From Candidatus Multivoradales bacterium (GTDB taxonomy: Bacteria > Acidobacteriota > Thermoanaerobaculia > Multivoradales > J023): a stretch of DNA of 64,000 nt. Each line of letters begins with the position of its first letter. Position 1 is the stretch's first letter. Positions 50,764 through 61,634 of this stretch are shown here, piece after piece. The translations under genes were made by a program, and so were the position numbers. The stretch lies in NCBI GenBank assembly GCA_965248925.1, contig CBDFLE010000005.1, positions 288,001 to 352,000 on the forward strand, written 5' to 3'. The notes beneath the pieces were generated by a model that saw only the letters and a program-made list of their open reading frames with translations, had not been told where the DNA came from and ran no database searches.

Positions 50764-51234
50764 ATGCTTGACCGAATTGACCGTGCCATCATCGAAGCCC
50801 TGGTGAAGAATGCTCGCTTGCCCAACAAAGTGCTTGCCGCGCGGGTGGGGGTGGCGCAGTCGACTTGCTTGGAGAGGGTTCGGCGGCTGCACCAGCGCGG
50901 CATCTTGGTGGGCTACCACGCCGAGGTCGACAAACGCTCCCTGGGGATCAGTCTGGAGGCGATGGTGGCGATTCGTCTGGCGTGGCACTCGCGGGAGCTG
51001 GTCGACTCGTTTCGCCGCCATGCGCTGGGTCTGGCCGAGGTCTTGGGTTGTTACCACATGGCCGGGGCCAACGACTTTCTGCTCCATGTAGCGGTGCGTG
51101 ATGCCGAGCATCTGCGCGACCTCACTTTGTCGTCGTTCACCACCCGTCCCGAGGTCGATCACATCGAGACCGCTTTGATTTTCGAACACGCGACGAAGGC
51201 GAGGCTGCCGATCTACCTCGAAGAGGAGGTCTGA
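50764..51234 (+). CDS. Lrp/AsnC-family transcriptional regulator
   Basis: LDRIDRAII..L..NAR HTH, RVRRL...GIL.GY; divergent from the PLP enzyme. Confidence 0.92.
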   Translation: MLDRIDRAIIEALVKNARLPNKVLAARVGVAQSTCLERVRRLHQRGILVGYHAEVDKRSLGISLEAMVAIRLAWHSRELVDSFRRHALGLAEVLGCYHMAGANDFLLHVAVRDAEHLRDLTLSSFTTRPEVDHIETALIFEHATKARLPIYLEEEV

Positions 51235-51284
51235 GGCAGGGCCGTTGGCTGGATCGCAGCTGCCGGCAGCTGATGAGGGAGTCT

Positions 51285-51836
51285 TCTATGAGTCGGACGG
51301 TTCAAATCAAGCAGAATAGTGGACCGACTTGATCAGCCTTGTGCGATTTCTCACCAGCTCGGTGCGAACCCGCAGGCGCGTCCGCAGAAGCTGTGCTGCT
51401 CTACTACGCTGATACACGCTACCCAGCAACACCCCGTCGAAGCGACTCAGCCGGGCCAGGATCTCCGCGTCGATCGTGTCGCTCTTCAGGGTGCTCTCAG
51501 CGATCAAGCGCGCCCGCCGCGGATTCACCACGACGACCTCATGGTCCCAGTTCTTCAAGAGCCGATACAACCGGGGAGTCACACTGCCACACTCCATCAC
51601 TAGCCGAGAGCGCTCCCGCTTGGCGAAGAATCGCCGCAGCGAAGTCTCGGTAATTGCGACTTGCCGGCGCTCCAGTACCCGGCCTCGGGAGGAAAGAACG
51701 CAGATCTCACTGTACTTTGTGTGAACGTCGATGCCAACAGGGTCCATGGTCGGTTTCCTTGCGGGCACCACTGCGCCCTGGGTCTTTCTCCCACGCAGGA
51801 TGTCACTGATGGGAGACCGGCCGACTCATCTCATCT
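51285..51836 (-). mobile_element. Internally deleted IS110-family (IS1111-type) element
   Basis: Subterminal IRs ATGAGTCGGACGGT (51288-51301) / ACCGGCCGACTCAT (51816-51829); outer limits inferred from the 3- and 7-nt IS1111 offsets. Confidence 0.75.
51307..51747 (-). pseudogene. IS110 transposase N-terminal DEDD (RuvC-like) domain only
   Basis: VGIDVH, VME, VVNP, KSDTIDA; ends before the C-terminal domain. Confidence 0.88.
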
Positions 51837-52986
51837 GGCACCTATTTCCGCCTTGAAGAGCGTGCCAGTTCTCAAAATGGAGTATCGGGTTCCGCCTGGC
51901 CGGTCATCGCCGAAAGCTTTGTTATGGCAATTGGTCGCGTCGTGGGGCCACCTACTCGCAGGCGATTCCGTATATTCCCATTTTGCTAATACTGCGAAAC
52001 TCGCCATACGCCTTCAACTTAAAATAGATCTTCTCCCCAACCCTAATCTGGCCATGATCAGTGGAACCGAGAAGTGCGCCCAGACTGCTCATCACATTCA
52101 GTGTACGGTCATTGCTATCTGAGGCGTAGCCCTCAACGATCTCACACGAGGCACTTCCAACAGGAAACTCGAAGCTTACAACCGAGGACAACTCGCCCGC
52201 TCTCTCACTGGTGAAGAACAAGTCGACCCATTCGGCGGCTCCCGCGCCCACCGAATCAAGGATATAGTCACTGACATGGTAGATATTGGAGCTGTCCGGG
52301 GTCATTGAAAACTTGTTATAAAACAGATTCTCAGAGATGTCGCTTCTCGCGTATGTAGGGCCCGAGTTCTTCTGTAAAGTAAAAGTAATATCTGACGTGT
52401 TTATAGCATTATCCACTTTACTCCGATTTCTGAAACGAAGATGGGCACTTTGGTAGCTACATAAATAGGCACTCCACTCCGGATACTCGGTGCAGCCTAG
52501 TTCCCAGTTTAGCTCGTGGTTCGGCCTGATTTCAGCGTCTGGAACACCGGAAAGACTGCCGTCAAGATCCCTGATGCTCGCAGTGTAGCTATCCGCCCAA
52601 TATTCCGTTCTGGCCTGCGCCCGGCCCATATCAATCTTGAAATACGGCTCGGCGGGGTCAAAGCTGAGTCCCCTCGTAAGGTTTACATAGCGAGCGAGTC
52701 CGCCCATCAGTTTGAATGCCGAGGGTGCGTACTCGATCCCGTCGTGGCTTAGGAGCGATTCAGAGAACCGCGCAAAGTGGACACTCTCCAAGGAAAAGGG
52801 GCCATCATAGAGGAGAACACCGATCAGATCGTCCGACAGACCAAAAGACCCGCCTGCCAAGAAGTCAAGATCTGATTCGGTCAAGCTGCTGCTGATGCCA
52901 ACAACCAGTGAATCTATGACTCTTGAATTGAAGGCAAAGAAGAGCGACGCTGCATTGTCGGCAAAAATACCGTCTCTATACGTACC

Positions 52987-54259
52987 CACTGCTGTCCCGT
53001 TAACTTCCGACGATTACCAGTTGTCTTTCGTCTAGTCCTGGGATCGGCGGCGGCTCTCGTTTCAAGAGGGCCATGAGGTCGCGGCGCTCAAAGAGGTTCA
53101 ATTGAAGGAGGCGCAAGGCCTCCCGTAAACTACTGGAAAGACGGTGCTTGTGCTTGATGAAAGCGAGCAATAGGTAGACGCACATGGCGATCCAAAGCTG
53201 AGTCAGCACGGCGTTGCGGCTGGTGCCGACGAAAGTCTTGATCTTCAGATTCTGCTTGATCCACTTGAAGAAGAGTTCAATTTGCCAACGTTCGTGGTAG
53301 ATATCGGCAATGGTCTGAGGTGACAGGCGGAACAGGTTCGTCAAGAAATAGTAGATCTTGCCGGTCTCAGGGTCGCGATAGCCTACTCTCCGCAGAGGCA
53401 TCGGGCAGTCACGACACGCCTTCACACCGGTCCATTCGATCGTTTGGTCGCTCATCAAACCCTTGGAACGATTGACTCTTCGACGTTCGGTCACGCGGTA
53501 CTTGGCCCCGCGCTTCAGACGGGTCACAAAGAAAAGACCCTTCTCGCTCAGCTGACGAAACCAGCTGTAGCTGTTGTAGCCACGATCACAAGCTACGATG
53601 CTTCCTCGTGGCAGCGTCAGGCTCTTGCAGCCCGCGATGTCACCTGTTTTTCCATCCGAGATCGCAACGAAGGCAGGCAAGTAGCCACCGTGATCCAACC
53701 CCACATGCAGCTTGATCGCTCCCTTGGTCGTACGAAACTTCGCCCACGGGAATATCGACAGACAAAGGTCTATCACCGAGGCGTCAAGCGAGAACAAGCG
53801 GTTCTTGAACCGGAACGTATGCTTGGGCGCCACTGCTTGAGCACGGCCCAGAAGTCTCCCAAATAGCTCTTCAAAAAGGAGATAGGGCTTCTCTTCGTTG
53901 ATCCGTGCCAAGTTGGATCGCGACAGGACTCGGCAGCCGAGATGGTAGAGCTTGTGCCGCTGCGCTCGTAGATTGTCAACGATGTCGCGCAAGCTAGAAC
54001 GCCCGGACAGCTGGGCCATCATCAGAGCCACCAGCTGCGACCAGCGGCTCGCAGTGCGGAACTGGCGACCGGCGTGGTGGCGTTTTGCGAGGGCCTCGAA
54101 TTCATGTCTCGAAATCAGTTGCAGTAGCTGGGCGAAGACGGTGCTATGATGTGCCAAGGCTCAGATCTCCCTTTGATTCAGCCGTTTAGCGATGACTGAT
54201 TCTATCAAGACCAGGGAGGTTTGAGCCTATTTTTCTGCGAAGTTAACGGGACAGCAGTG
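52987..54259 (-). mobile_element. IS4-family insertion sequence
   Basis: Perfect 20-bp IRs CACTGCTGTCCCGTTAACTT; 9-bp duplication ATACGTACC at 52978-52986 and 54260-54268. Confidence 0.96.
53000..54157 (-). CDS. IS4-family transposase
   Basis: SLDAS, KLH, CDRGY, and Y..RWQIELFFKWIKQ (YREK). Confidence 0.95.
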   Translation of the reverse strand: MAHHSTVFAQLLQLISRHEFEALAKRHHAGRQFRTASRWSQLVALMMAQLSGRSSLRDIVDNLRAQRHKLYHLGCRVLSRSNLARINEEKPYLLFEELFGRLLGRAQAVAPKHTFRFKNRLFSLDASVIDLCLSIFPWAKFRTTKGAIKLHVGLDHGGYLPAFVAISDGKTGDIAGCKSLTLPRGSIVACDRGYNSYSWFRQLSEKGLFFVTRLKRGAKYRVTERRRVNRSKGLMSDQTIEWTGVKACRDCPMPLRRVGYRDPETGKIYYFLTNLFRLSPQTIADIYHERWQIELFFKWIKQNLKIKTFVGTSRNAVLTQLWIAMCVYLLLAFIKHKHRLSSSLREALRLLQLNLFERRDLMALLKREPPPIPGLDERQLVIVGS

Positions 54260-56299
54260 ATACGTACCCCTCTCGCCTCGATAGTAGACGCCAGTCTCGG
54301 AGTTCTTGTAGGCCTGCAAGTTCTCGAGGCAGGGATCCGCGGCCGGGTAGTAGTGAGTCGTGACGACTTTCCTGTCGGCGGCATTTCGGGGGTTGTCTAA
54401 GCTGGGGCCGTTGGGCCCGCCGTCGTGAGTGAAACCAACCTTTGAGGAATGCGCGACGTTTCTCTTGAATTCCAATGTATTCGTAACGACTGCCGGTCTC
54501 GCCTCCTCTCCCTCAACGGCAAGACAGTCCGTCGGATGGTTGCAGATTAGCTCCTTGTGGAACGCCATCCAGAAGCCGGTTCCGTCGGAACCAGCCGCAA
54601 TATTGTCAGTTACATAGTTGTCCGGATTGGAAATCCAGAATGTGGCAGGCCCAGGAAAGCGGGTAGCTGATACGTCCTTGCTCTCACTCTCCAAGAGTTC
54701 TCTTCCTACTGGAACTTTCTTCGAGAGAATTCCGATGTTTTCCTCCAGGCGATTCTTTCGCTCGTTGCCATCCTCGAGGAAGTATCCATGCCCAAAGTGA
54801 TCATAGCACGCATTCCCACTTACAAGCGCGAGATGGGTGCCATGGATCGTCACGCAGCGGTTGTAGGACTCGTGAATACTGGAGTCTTTGATGTACTGCC
54901 CCGTCACGATTCCGTTCTCGTGCCAGTGAAACGGATAACGCCCCAGTTCCGCCATTTGGCCAACTCGGAAGAATTCCACGTCTCTGATGAACCCTGCACT
55001 ATTCGCGCCGGAAATCATCATATGAGCTCCGATCTCCTCAGAAGAAAACATGTCATCATCGGATATAAATCGAATATTTCTCGTTAGATTGACTACTTCT
55101 GCTCGTTCATCGAGTGACCATTCAAGGCCGTTGCCATTTGAAAACGCTTCTGTTTCACCCCAATGCTGATGCGTCAGAGGCGTTGAGACGACGAATCCAA
55201 ATCCGCTGAAGAAGATCGACTCAATTACCCTTTCTTCGGCTTCCCTGGGATCGAAACCCGTCGCCGCGATGACGACGACATCGCCGACTTCCCAGCCGTA
55301 GATCGATTCGCTCACGTGGATCGTCTTGGTGTCCTTCGCCGTTCTTGATAACTTGGCCACACCGCTCTTCCCCGGTTTACCGATCAGCCGAATTGTGCCG
55401 CCATTCAGGGCAACAAACTCCTTCCCAGGCCTGTCCGAAAATGGATTCAGCGGCCTATTGCCCACCATTGTGAAGCTGATAGTTCCAGTAAACGGCACCA
55501 TCTCAGTGCCACACTCCACCATTGCGCCAGGGCCGTCAACCAAAATACTGTTCACGGCTACTGCATAGTCCTCATTGTAAGGACAAGACAACTTGCCATT
55601 GACAGTCAAGATGCCACGACTGAGGTCTTCGTCTATCCTGACCTCTAGTTGTTCGGGTATAACGAGGTCGACAGAAGCATCGTTCTCGTTCAAATATGAC
55701 AGGTCGACACAAGAGGGCACTTCAAAGAGGCCGGAGCGATTGATTAGAGGGTGCGGGCCTGGGTTCGAGATACCATGTATGTAGATCTTTCGCCCAGCGT
55801 GCTGTCTCACCTGACCATAGGTAAGCGGTATTCGAAAGCGGTGGCTGGCACCGGTGCTTTCACATTGCTCTCCGACAGCCGGCTCGGAGGTGACATCCGC
55901 CCTTGCTGCGACGAGGAACTCGCCATTTTGCCCGAAGCCTGCATCGAGATAGACATGAACATCGATGGGATCGGACTGGCCAATCTGGCATGCCCAACCA
56001 CGGACATAGTAGGTATTCTCCTGGAGAACGAGGTTATCTATGCGACCTATGACTCCGGTAGGAGGCAAAGGAGCTGTCGGGAGGGCGCTGCCTATGGTGG
56101 CTTGGCAGGCAAGGGCAACTGCCGCACAGATTCTCAGGCTGTTCAAATTGGAACTCCTAGTTGTTTCGGTTTTCGATTTTGGCGAAGAAATCCAAATTGG
56201 CGAGGCGTCGCGGATGCCGAATGCCATGGAGGTCGATGGCGATCCTTATAACGATACACTATCATGGTTGGAAGCAACCCGAAGAACCGCGATCAGAGG

Positions 56300-57873
56300 T
56301 GCCGATGGCTGTCATATCCTTGGCAGTGTGAACAAAGACCGCCTTCCAGGTCGAGTTGAAGGGCATTCCGTAGGATGCTTCCGCGTCGCTGAAGAGAACC
56401 GACTGCCGCTGCTTATCATCGAGGTTCACCTGGCGATAGAGCTGGGTGAGTTAGAGCACCACCTGCGTCCCTACTACCGGCGAGAGTCTCCAGCCAGTCT
56501 CCCACGGTTTTGCATCCATGCTCAGCAATAGAGTGCCGGCGGCTGCTTGCTGAGCGCTGAGCAAGGCTTGGCCAAACTGCGGGATGTTGTCGGTGTGGCC
56601 CCAGCCTGTGATGCCACAGAGGAGTGTCGGTGGCGAATCGCCATTTGAACACCACCGCAATGTTGCGCATTAGGTCGATGCCATCGATCTCGATGACGAA
56701 CCCCGAGTCCAGCTCTGGGCGGTAGGTTGCGGGTCGGCGCTGCGATATCGGTCTTGATACGCCCATCGTAGGTGGGACCGGAGCTGTTGCTAGGGTGAAT
56801 GTAACCGTTCACCTGAGTGTTGCCGACGATCAACGCATTCTCGGCGTTGTTCTTGATCGAGAAGTAGCCCAAGTCGAGGCCACTGTTGCCACCGGCAGCG
56901 ACGTGTGCGTGAAACCTTTCAATCGTCAGGTCGCCGACAATCGCCGCGTCCCAGTCGGTATTCGTCGGATTCGATGTGTGGACGTATGAATGGCTGCTCA
57001 CATGCGGCCTGGCGCCAACCTTTTGGTAGCAATCGTAGGTGGCTTCGGGGGCGATCCCGCGAAAGGCCAGAGGCTGCCCGCTATTCCTGGCACTTTGCCA
57101 ACCGTTGCCCAGCATGATGCCGGCGGCCATCTGGGCATGCAGCAGATAGAACGCCGGTGCGGTGGTATCGATGCACTGCTGCGGCGCCAGCGGTGTCCAG
57201 CGGGGCAGCGTAGGATTGCCTGCAAGATCATGTTCATAGAAATCCTCATGGCCGGACCCGGTGCCGATCCTCTCTCTGTTGGCCATGCGAATGCCTGCGC
57301 CAGTTAGCACCTCGCCGTTGGCTCCGAGTACCTGATCAGCATCGACGACAGCTCGGATGCCGTCCATCAGCAGCTCTTCGTGCCACGCTCCGGGGACGAT
57401 TGCCAGCACATTTGCAAAAGCCGAGATCTTGGCGATGTCGCTCGGCTCGGTGACCAGGGTCAAGCTCCTGCCGCCACTGTTGTCGACGAAAGTTCTGCCT
57501 CGGTGGTGAAACAGCTGGCGTGGCGATTGCCGAGGTAGCTGGCATGGCTCACCCCGCGGGCAGACCAGTGCCGCCACTGCGCGGCGGTGGGGAAGCTGGC
57601 AAAGCTGGCGATGACCAGGACGGGATGCTCAGCTGACCCGGCTCGGTCGGCAAGATCCGCCGCCAGGCCACGGCCGGGCTCTATCGACCTTCGCAGCAGG
57701 TGGACGCCGGGGAAGCTCCTGCGGCTCACCGTGTCGTCCTGCTCGGCGAAGATCTGCTGTAGATGATCCGGAGCATTCTCTTTGCTGCGCGTTTGCGCGA
57801 GGGGTGCGGAGTAGGCACTGCTGGCTAGGGCGAGCAGGATGAGCGGGCTGATGAATCTCGTGGATTGACGCAA
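56300..57873 (-). pseudogene. Frameshifted S8 (subtilase) serine peptidase
   Basis: Signal-peptide ORF 57460-57873; next frame has HAQMAAGI, GIAPEA, AAGGNSG, SSGPTYDGRIKTDIAAP; NSTWKAVFVHTAKDM remnant near 56310-56360; no intact GTSM motif seen. Confidence 0.7.
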
Positions 57874-58106
57874 CGGCGTGGACTCCTTCCGTGGACGGCA
57901 AGTGAGGAAGCGGCCAGGTGGATCCTGGATCGGCCCAGCCAGCTCGCGGGCGGTTCAGCGCAGAGCTGCTGCCGTGTTCAGCGCGGCGGTGCTCTCGGCT
58001 CAAGACGCGCAAGCGGGCCCGCGAACATGCCAGGTCAAGAGAGGTTTTCTGGTCGACCGATCAGGCCTGGGGTCTTTAACAGCCCTGGCCGCGGCCGCCG
58101 CGGCGC

Positions 58107-60491
58107 CTAGATGGCTAGGGCCTGCAGGCGTTGCCAGCGCTCGGCGGCCCGCTGATGGGCCTTGGGGACTTGCTGGCGCAGCGGCACCAGGCCGGCCAGG
58201 CTCTGCCGCAGTGGCTCAGCCGCTTCGCTCAGCCGGCCCTGGCAGATCAGGGTTTCGCCGAGCAAGCTCTGGGCGTCAAAATATCGCCAGGGCTTGTCAG
58301 CACGCTGGGTGAGCCTCGCCAGGCTCAGGCGCAGCTCTTCCTCGGCCTCAGCGCAGCGGCCTTTGCTGAGCAGGAACCTGGCCAGCGAGGAGGTCGGTCG
58401 GAGAACAAAGCCGGGTGAGCTCGTCTTGCGGCCGATCTCGGCGGCCTGGCGATAGAGTTCGACAGCGCGCTCCACCTGGCCCTGCTGCTTGGCATTGATC
58501 GCCAGTCCCAGCAGGGGCTTGACCCGCTGGTAGTGGTCCGGTCCGAGGTGCTGCTCATAGAGCTGGTCGGCGAGCTCGAGCTCAGTGACCATGTCCTCGT
58601 GCCGGCCTTGATCCGCGTAGATGCGGGCCAGGTTGTTGTGCAGCATGGCGAGCTTGGGATGGCCGCCCGGGAACTGGCGCTGAAGAGTCTCTTGCGCCTC
58701 GTGATAGAGCATGGCCGCGTCCCCTGGATCGCCGACATGGCTCACCACCTGGGCGTGCTGAAGCAGTGCCTCGATGGCCTCGGCTTCTGCGGGCAGCAAC
58801 TCGGCTTGCGCCAATGCCAGAGCCTCTGAGGATGGGCCAAGCGCGGCCTGGTAGCTCTCCCGCCAGCACTCCAGATTGACCTGATGGTTGAGGCTTTGAA
58901 TCAACAGCCGGGCGCCGGCGGTGGAGTCTTGCCGCAGCACAGCCAAGGCGGCCCGGTTGGCTTGCTCCGCTGCATCGAGATTACCCAGCTCCCGCTGCGC
59001 CGCACCGACCATGTCGAGACTGGCCGCTGCCTCGCGGCTGCGCTCGCCGCGCAGCGCCAGATGCAGATCGAGAGCTTGGCGGGACCAGCGCAGCGACCTC
59101 TCCGGCTCACCCAGCTCGAGGTAGATCTCGCCGAGCACCGCGACCAGAGCAGCGTGGATCCGCGGCTCACCTGCCGGGCCAATGGCCAGATGGCTGGAAC
59201 TCCGATCAAGGGCCTCCTTGAGGGAAACATCTACCCCTTCGGCTATCCAGGGGCCGGCTTGCTCGAAAACACCAAAGAAGAAACGGGCTACTTGCAGCAG
59301 TCCGGCGCGCTCTTGCTCAATGCGGAGGTTGTTGAACCACAGTCCGCCGGAGAGGATCAGTAGAGTGATGAAGGCAGCCAGCGCCGTCGCCGCCGGCCAG
59401 CGATTGCGCCGCAGCAGCTTCAGGGCTCGGTAGGCAGGGCCGCCGCTGCGCGCATCTACGGCTAGCCCGTCGAGGTAGTGGCCCAAGTCCTGGCTGAGGC
59501 TTTCTACCGATGGGTAGCGCCGAGCTGGCTCCAGCTGCAGGGCTTTTCGCACGATGCTGTCCAGGTCACCGCGCAGGGCCCTGGCCCAGGCCGGTCGATC
59601 GGCGGCTCGCTCGCTCAGCAGCTGTTGCTGCTCAGCGCCGCTGGAGGGCAGGGTTCCGCAGAGCAGCTGGTGCAGAATCACCCCGAGGGAGAAAACGTCG
59701 CTGGCCGTCGAGACTGGCTCTCCTCGCAGCTGCTCTGGACTGGCGTAGTGCGGGGTCAGCGGTCGAGCTCGGCTTGCTTTGCAGTCGTCGTCCAGCTGCA
59801 CACTTGGATCGAGGAGGCTGGCAATGCCGAAGTCCAACAGCTTCGGCTGACCATCGTCGCGGACCAGGATATTGCTCGGTTTGAGGTCGCTATGCACGAT
59901 CAGCCGCTGGTGGCAAGCGGAAACCCCCTGGCAGATCCGGCGCAGCAGAGCGACCCGCTCGGTCACCGAGAGGCTGCGCTGCTCACAATACTGATCGAGG
60001 GGCTGCCCTGGAACATACTCGAGAATCAGGTAGGGAAATCCCTCCTCGGTCGTGCCACCGGCGAAGATCCGGGCCACCGCCGGGTGGTCCACCCTGCCCA
60101 GGGCCTGCTGCTCAATTTGAAAGCGGCGTCGCGCCGATTCGCCAAAGGGCCGCCAGCTGAGCACCTTGACGGCTACTTTCCGGTCGAAGATCTGGTCGGC
60201 CTGATGGGCGAGATAGACCGTGCCCATGCCACCTTGGCCAAGGCGAGCGGTGATCCGGCAGGTGCCCAATCGGCGCCCGAGCAGGTCGGGAGCGGCCAGC
60301 ACCTCGCGGGCCAGCCAACCGTCTTCGAGAAAATCTGCCGAGTCCGCATCGGCCCGTAGCCACCGCCCTACCGATCGCTGGGTCTCTTCATCTGCGTCGC
60401 CGCTGGTCAACAGCTCTTGGCGCTGTTCGGGCGGCAGGTCCAGGGCCTGGTCGAAGAGGTTCCAGGCTCGTTGCCAGCGGCTAGAGGTCAT
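58107..60491 (-). CDS. Membrane Ser/Thr protein kinase with C-terminal TPR repeats
   Basis: GQGGMG, VAVK, HSDLKPSN, DFG, YASPEQ; one TM; helical repeats. Confidence 0.93.
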   Translation of the reverse strand: MTSSRWQRAWNLFDQALDLPPEQRQELLTSGDADEETQRSVGRWLRADADSADFLEDGWLAREVLAAPDLLGRRLGTCRITARLGQGGMGTVYLAHQADQIFDRKVAVKVLSWRPFGESARRRFQIEQQALGRVDHPAVARIFAGGTTEEGFPYLILEYVPGQPLDQYCEQRSLSVTERVALLRRICQGVSACHQRLIVHSDLKPSNILVRDDGQPKLLDFGIASLLDPSVQLDDDCKASRARPLTPHYASPEQLRGEPVSTASDVFSLGVILHQLLCGTLPSSGAEQQQLLSERAADRPAWARALRGDLDSIVRKALQLEPARRYPSVESLSQDLGHYLDGLAVDARSGGPAYRALKLLRRNRWPAATALAAFITLLILSGGLWFNNLRIEQERAGLLQVARFFFGVFEQAGPWIAEGVDVSLKEALDRSSSHLAIGPAGEPRIHAALVAVLGEIYLELGEPERSLRWSRQALDLHLALRGERSREAAASLDMVGAAQRELGNLDAAEQANRAALAVLRQDSTAGARLLIQSLNHQVNLECWRESYQAALGPSSEALALAQAELLPAEAEAIEALLQHAQVVSHVGDPGDAAMLYHEAQETLQRQFPGGHPKLAMLHNNLARIYADQGRHEDMVTELELADQLYEQHLGPDHYQRVKPLLGLAINAKQQGQVERAVELYRQAAEIGRKTSSPGFVLRPTSSLARFLLSKGRCAEAEEELRLSLARLTQRADKPWRYFDAQSLLGETLICQGRLSEAAEPLRQSLAGLVPLRQQVPKAHQRAAERWQRLQALAI

Positions 60492-61077
60492 CGTCGGCGC
60501 CCTCCGCGATGCGGGCGAAGAGCCAGGCCTTGGCCCGCCGCCACGACCGCGCCACGGTGCGCAGCGAGACGCCGAGGCTCGCCGCAGCCTCTTGCTGGGT
60601 CAGCCCCGCGAACACCCGCAGCAGGACGACTTGGCCGAGCAGTGAATCCTGCTGCTCGAGCTCTTCGAGAGCGCGGTGCAAGTCGAGCAGGTCGGGGGTG
60701 CCGCGGACCGCGGTGGTGAGCCCTTCTGAGGCACCCACCAGCACCTGCTGGCCGCCCCGCTTCAGGCTGCTGCTGCGACGGGCGTGGTCGACCAGGATGC
60801 GGCGCATGATGCGGGCCGAGATGCTGAAGAAGTGGGCACGGTCCTGCCAGCGTACTCGCCGCTGGTCGACCAGCCGTAAGAATGCTTCATGCACCAGATC
60901 CCGGGTCTCGAGGGTCAGCCCCCTCTTCTCCCCGCGCAGCCGGTTCGCCGCCATCTGGCTGAGCTGAGTGTAGACCCGCTCGAAGAGCTGCTCCCTGGCG
61001 CTGGCGTCACCATCACTCCAGGCGCGCAGATAGCGGGTGATCGTGCTCTGTGCTCCGTCCGCAACCTCGTGCTTCAC
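60481..61077 (-). CDS. ECF sigma factor, kinase-associated type (TIGR02999/ECF43-like)
   Basis: ITRYL.AW..GD..A, LVHEAFLRL, WQDRAHFF, MRRILVDHAR, KRGG; overlaps the kinase start. Confidence 0.9.
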   Translation of the reverse strand: MKHEVADGAQSTITRYLRAWSDGDASAREQLFERVYTQLSQMAANRLRGEKRGLTLETRDLVHEAFLRLVDQRRVRWQDRAHFFSISARIMRRILVDHARRSSSLKRGGQQVLVGASEGLTTAVRGTPDLLDLHRALEELEQQDSLLGQVVLLRVFAGLTQQEAAASLGVSLRTVARSWRRAKAWLFARIAEGADDDL

Positions 61078-61266
61078 GCTGCCATCCGCTCTCTAGACCG
61101 CTGCCTGTATTTAGTTGAAAACGCACACCGTAGAAGAGGAGAATAGCAGCGGGCAGGTAACTTTGCGGCCACTGGTTGGCACGATTCTCGGCGCCCTTGC
61201 GCGTCGAGAAGCAGAAACTCGCTAGCCGAGAGTGGGGAGAAGTGTCGAATCGACAAGGAGAGACTG

Positions 61267-61551
61267 GTGAATAAATGGAGCATTGGGATTCTCGTGCTGG
61301 TGGTCGGTCTGGGCTCCTCAGCGCTACCCGCGGGTGATTCGCAGGCCATCGGACTGCTCTACAACGAGCCATCCGGCTATTGGGCGAATCCGACCCTCAG
61401 CGACCTGTGTCTGGACACCGAGCGCTGTGTCGAGTGGCATGACGACGGGCCCGGCGGCAGACCGCGGATACTGTGCTGTGTGGAAGTGGCGAGGATCCCC
61501 TACAACCTGCTGAAAGACTGCCGGCAACGTTTCGTGTGGTATCCACGGTAG
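61267..61551 (+). CDS. Small secreted Cys-containing protein
   Basis: AGGAG RBS at 61256-61260; signal peptide; 5 Cys. Confidence 0.55.
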   Translation: MNKWSIGILVLVVGLGSSALPAGDSQAIGLLYNEPSGYWANPTLSDLCLDTERCVEWHDDGPGGRPRILCCVEVARIPYNLLKDCRQRFVWYPR

Positions 61552-61634
61552 GGCGCTGAAGGCCTGTCCAGCAGGCGGCGGCCGCTGTCCGAAGCGCCGC
61601 CGCGGGAGTACGGCGAGAGCCCTGCCGGGGGCTC

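Larger units (their letters stand above)
51952..56227 (-). pseudogene. G8-domain/right-handed beta-helix (CEMIP/TMEM2-like) secreted protein interrupted by IS4
   Basis: ERAEVVNLTRNI, GRYPFHWH, NRCVTIHGT, GHGYFLEDG.E, FWISNPDN; removing the IS and one TSD joins ..RGERGTY|RDGIF.. in frame (997 aa). Confidence 0.88.
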
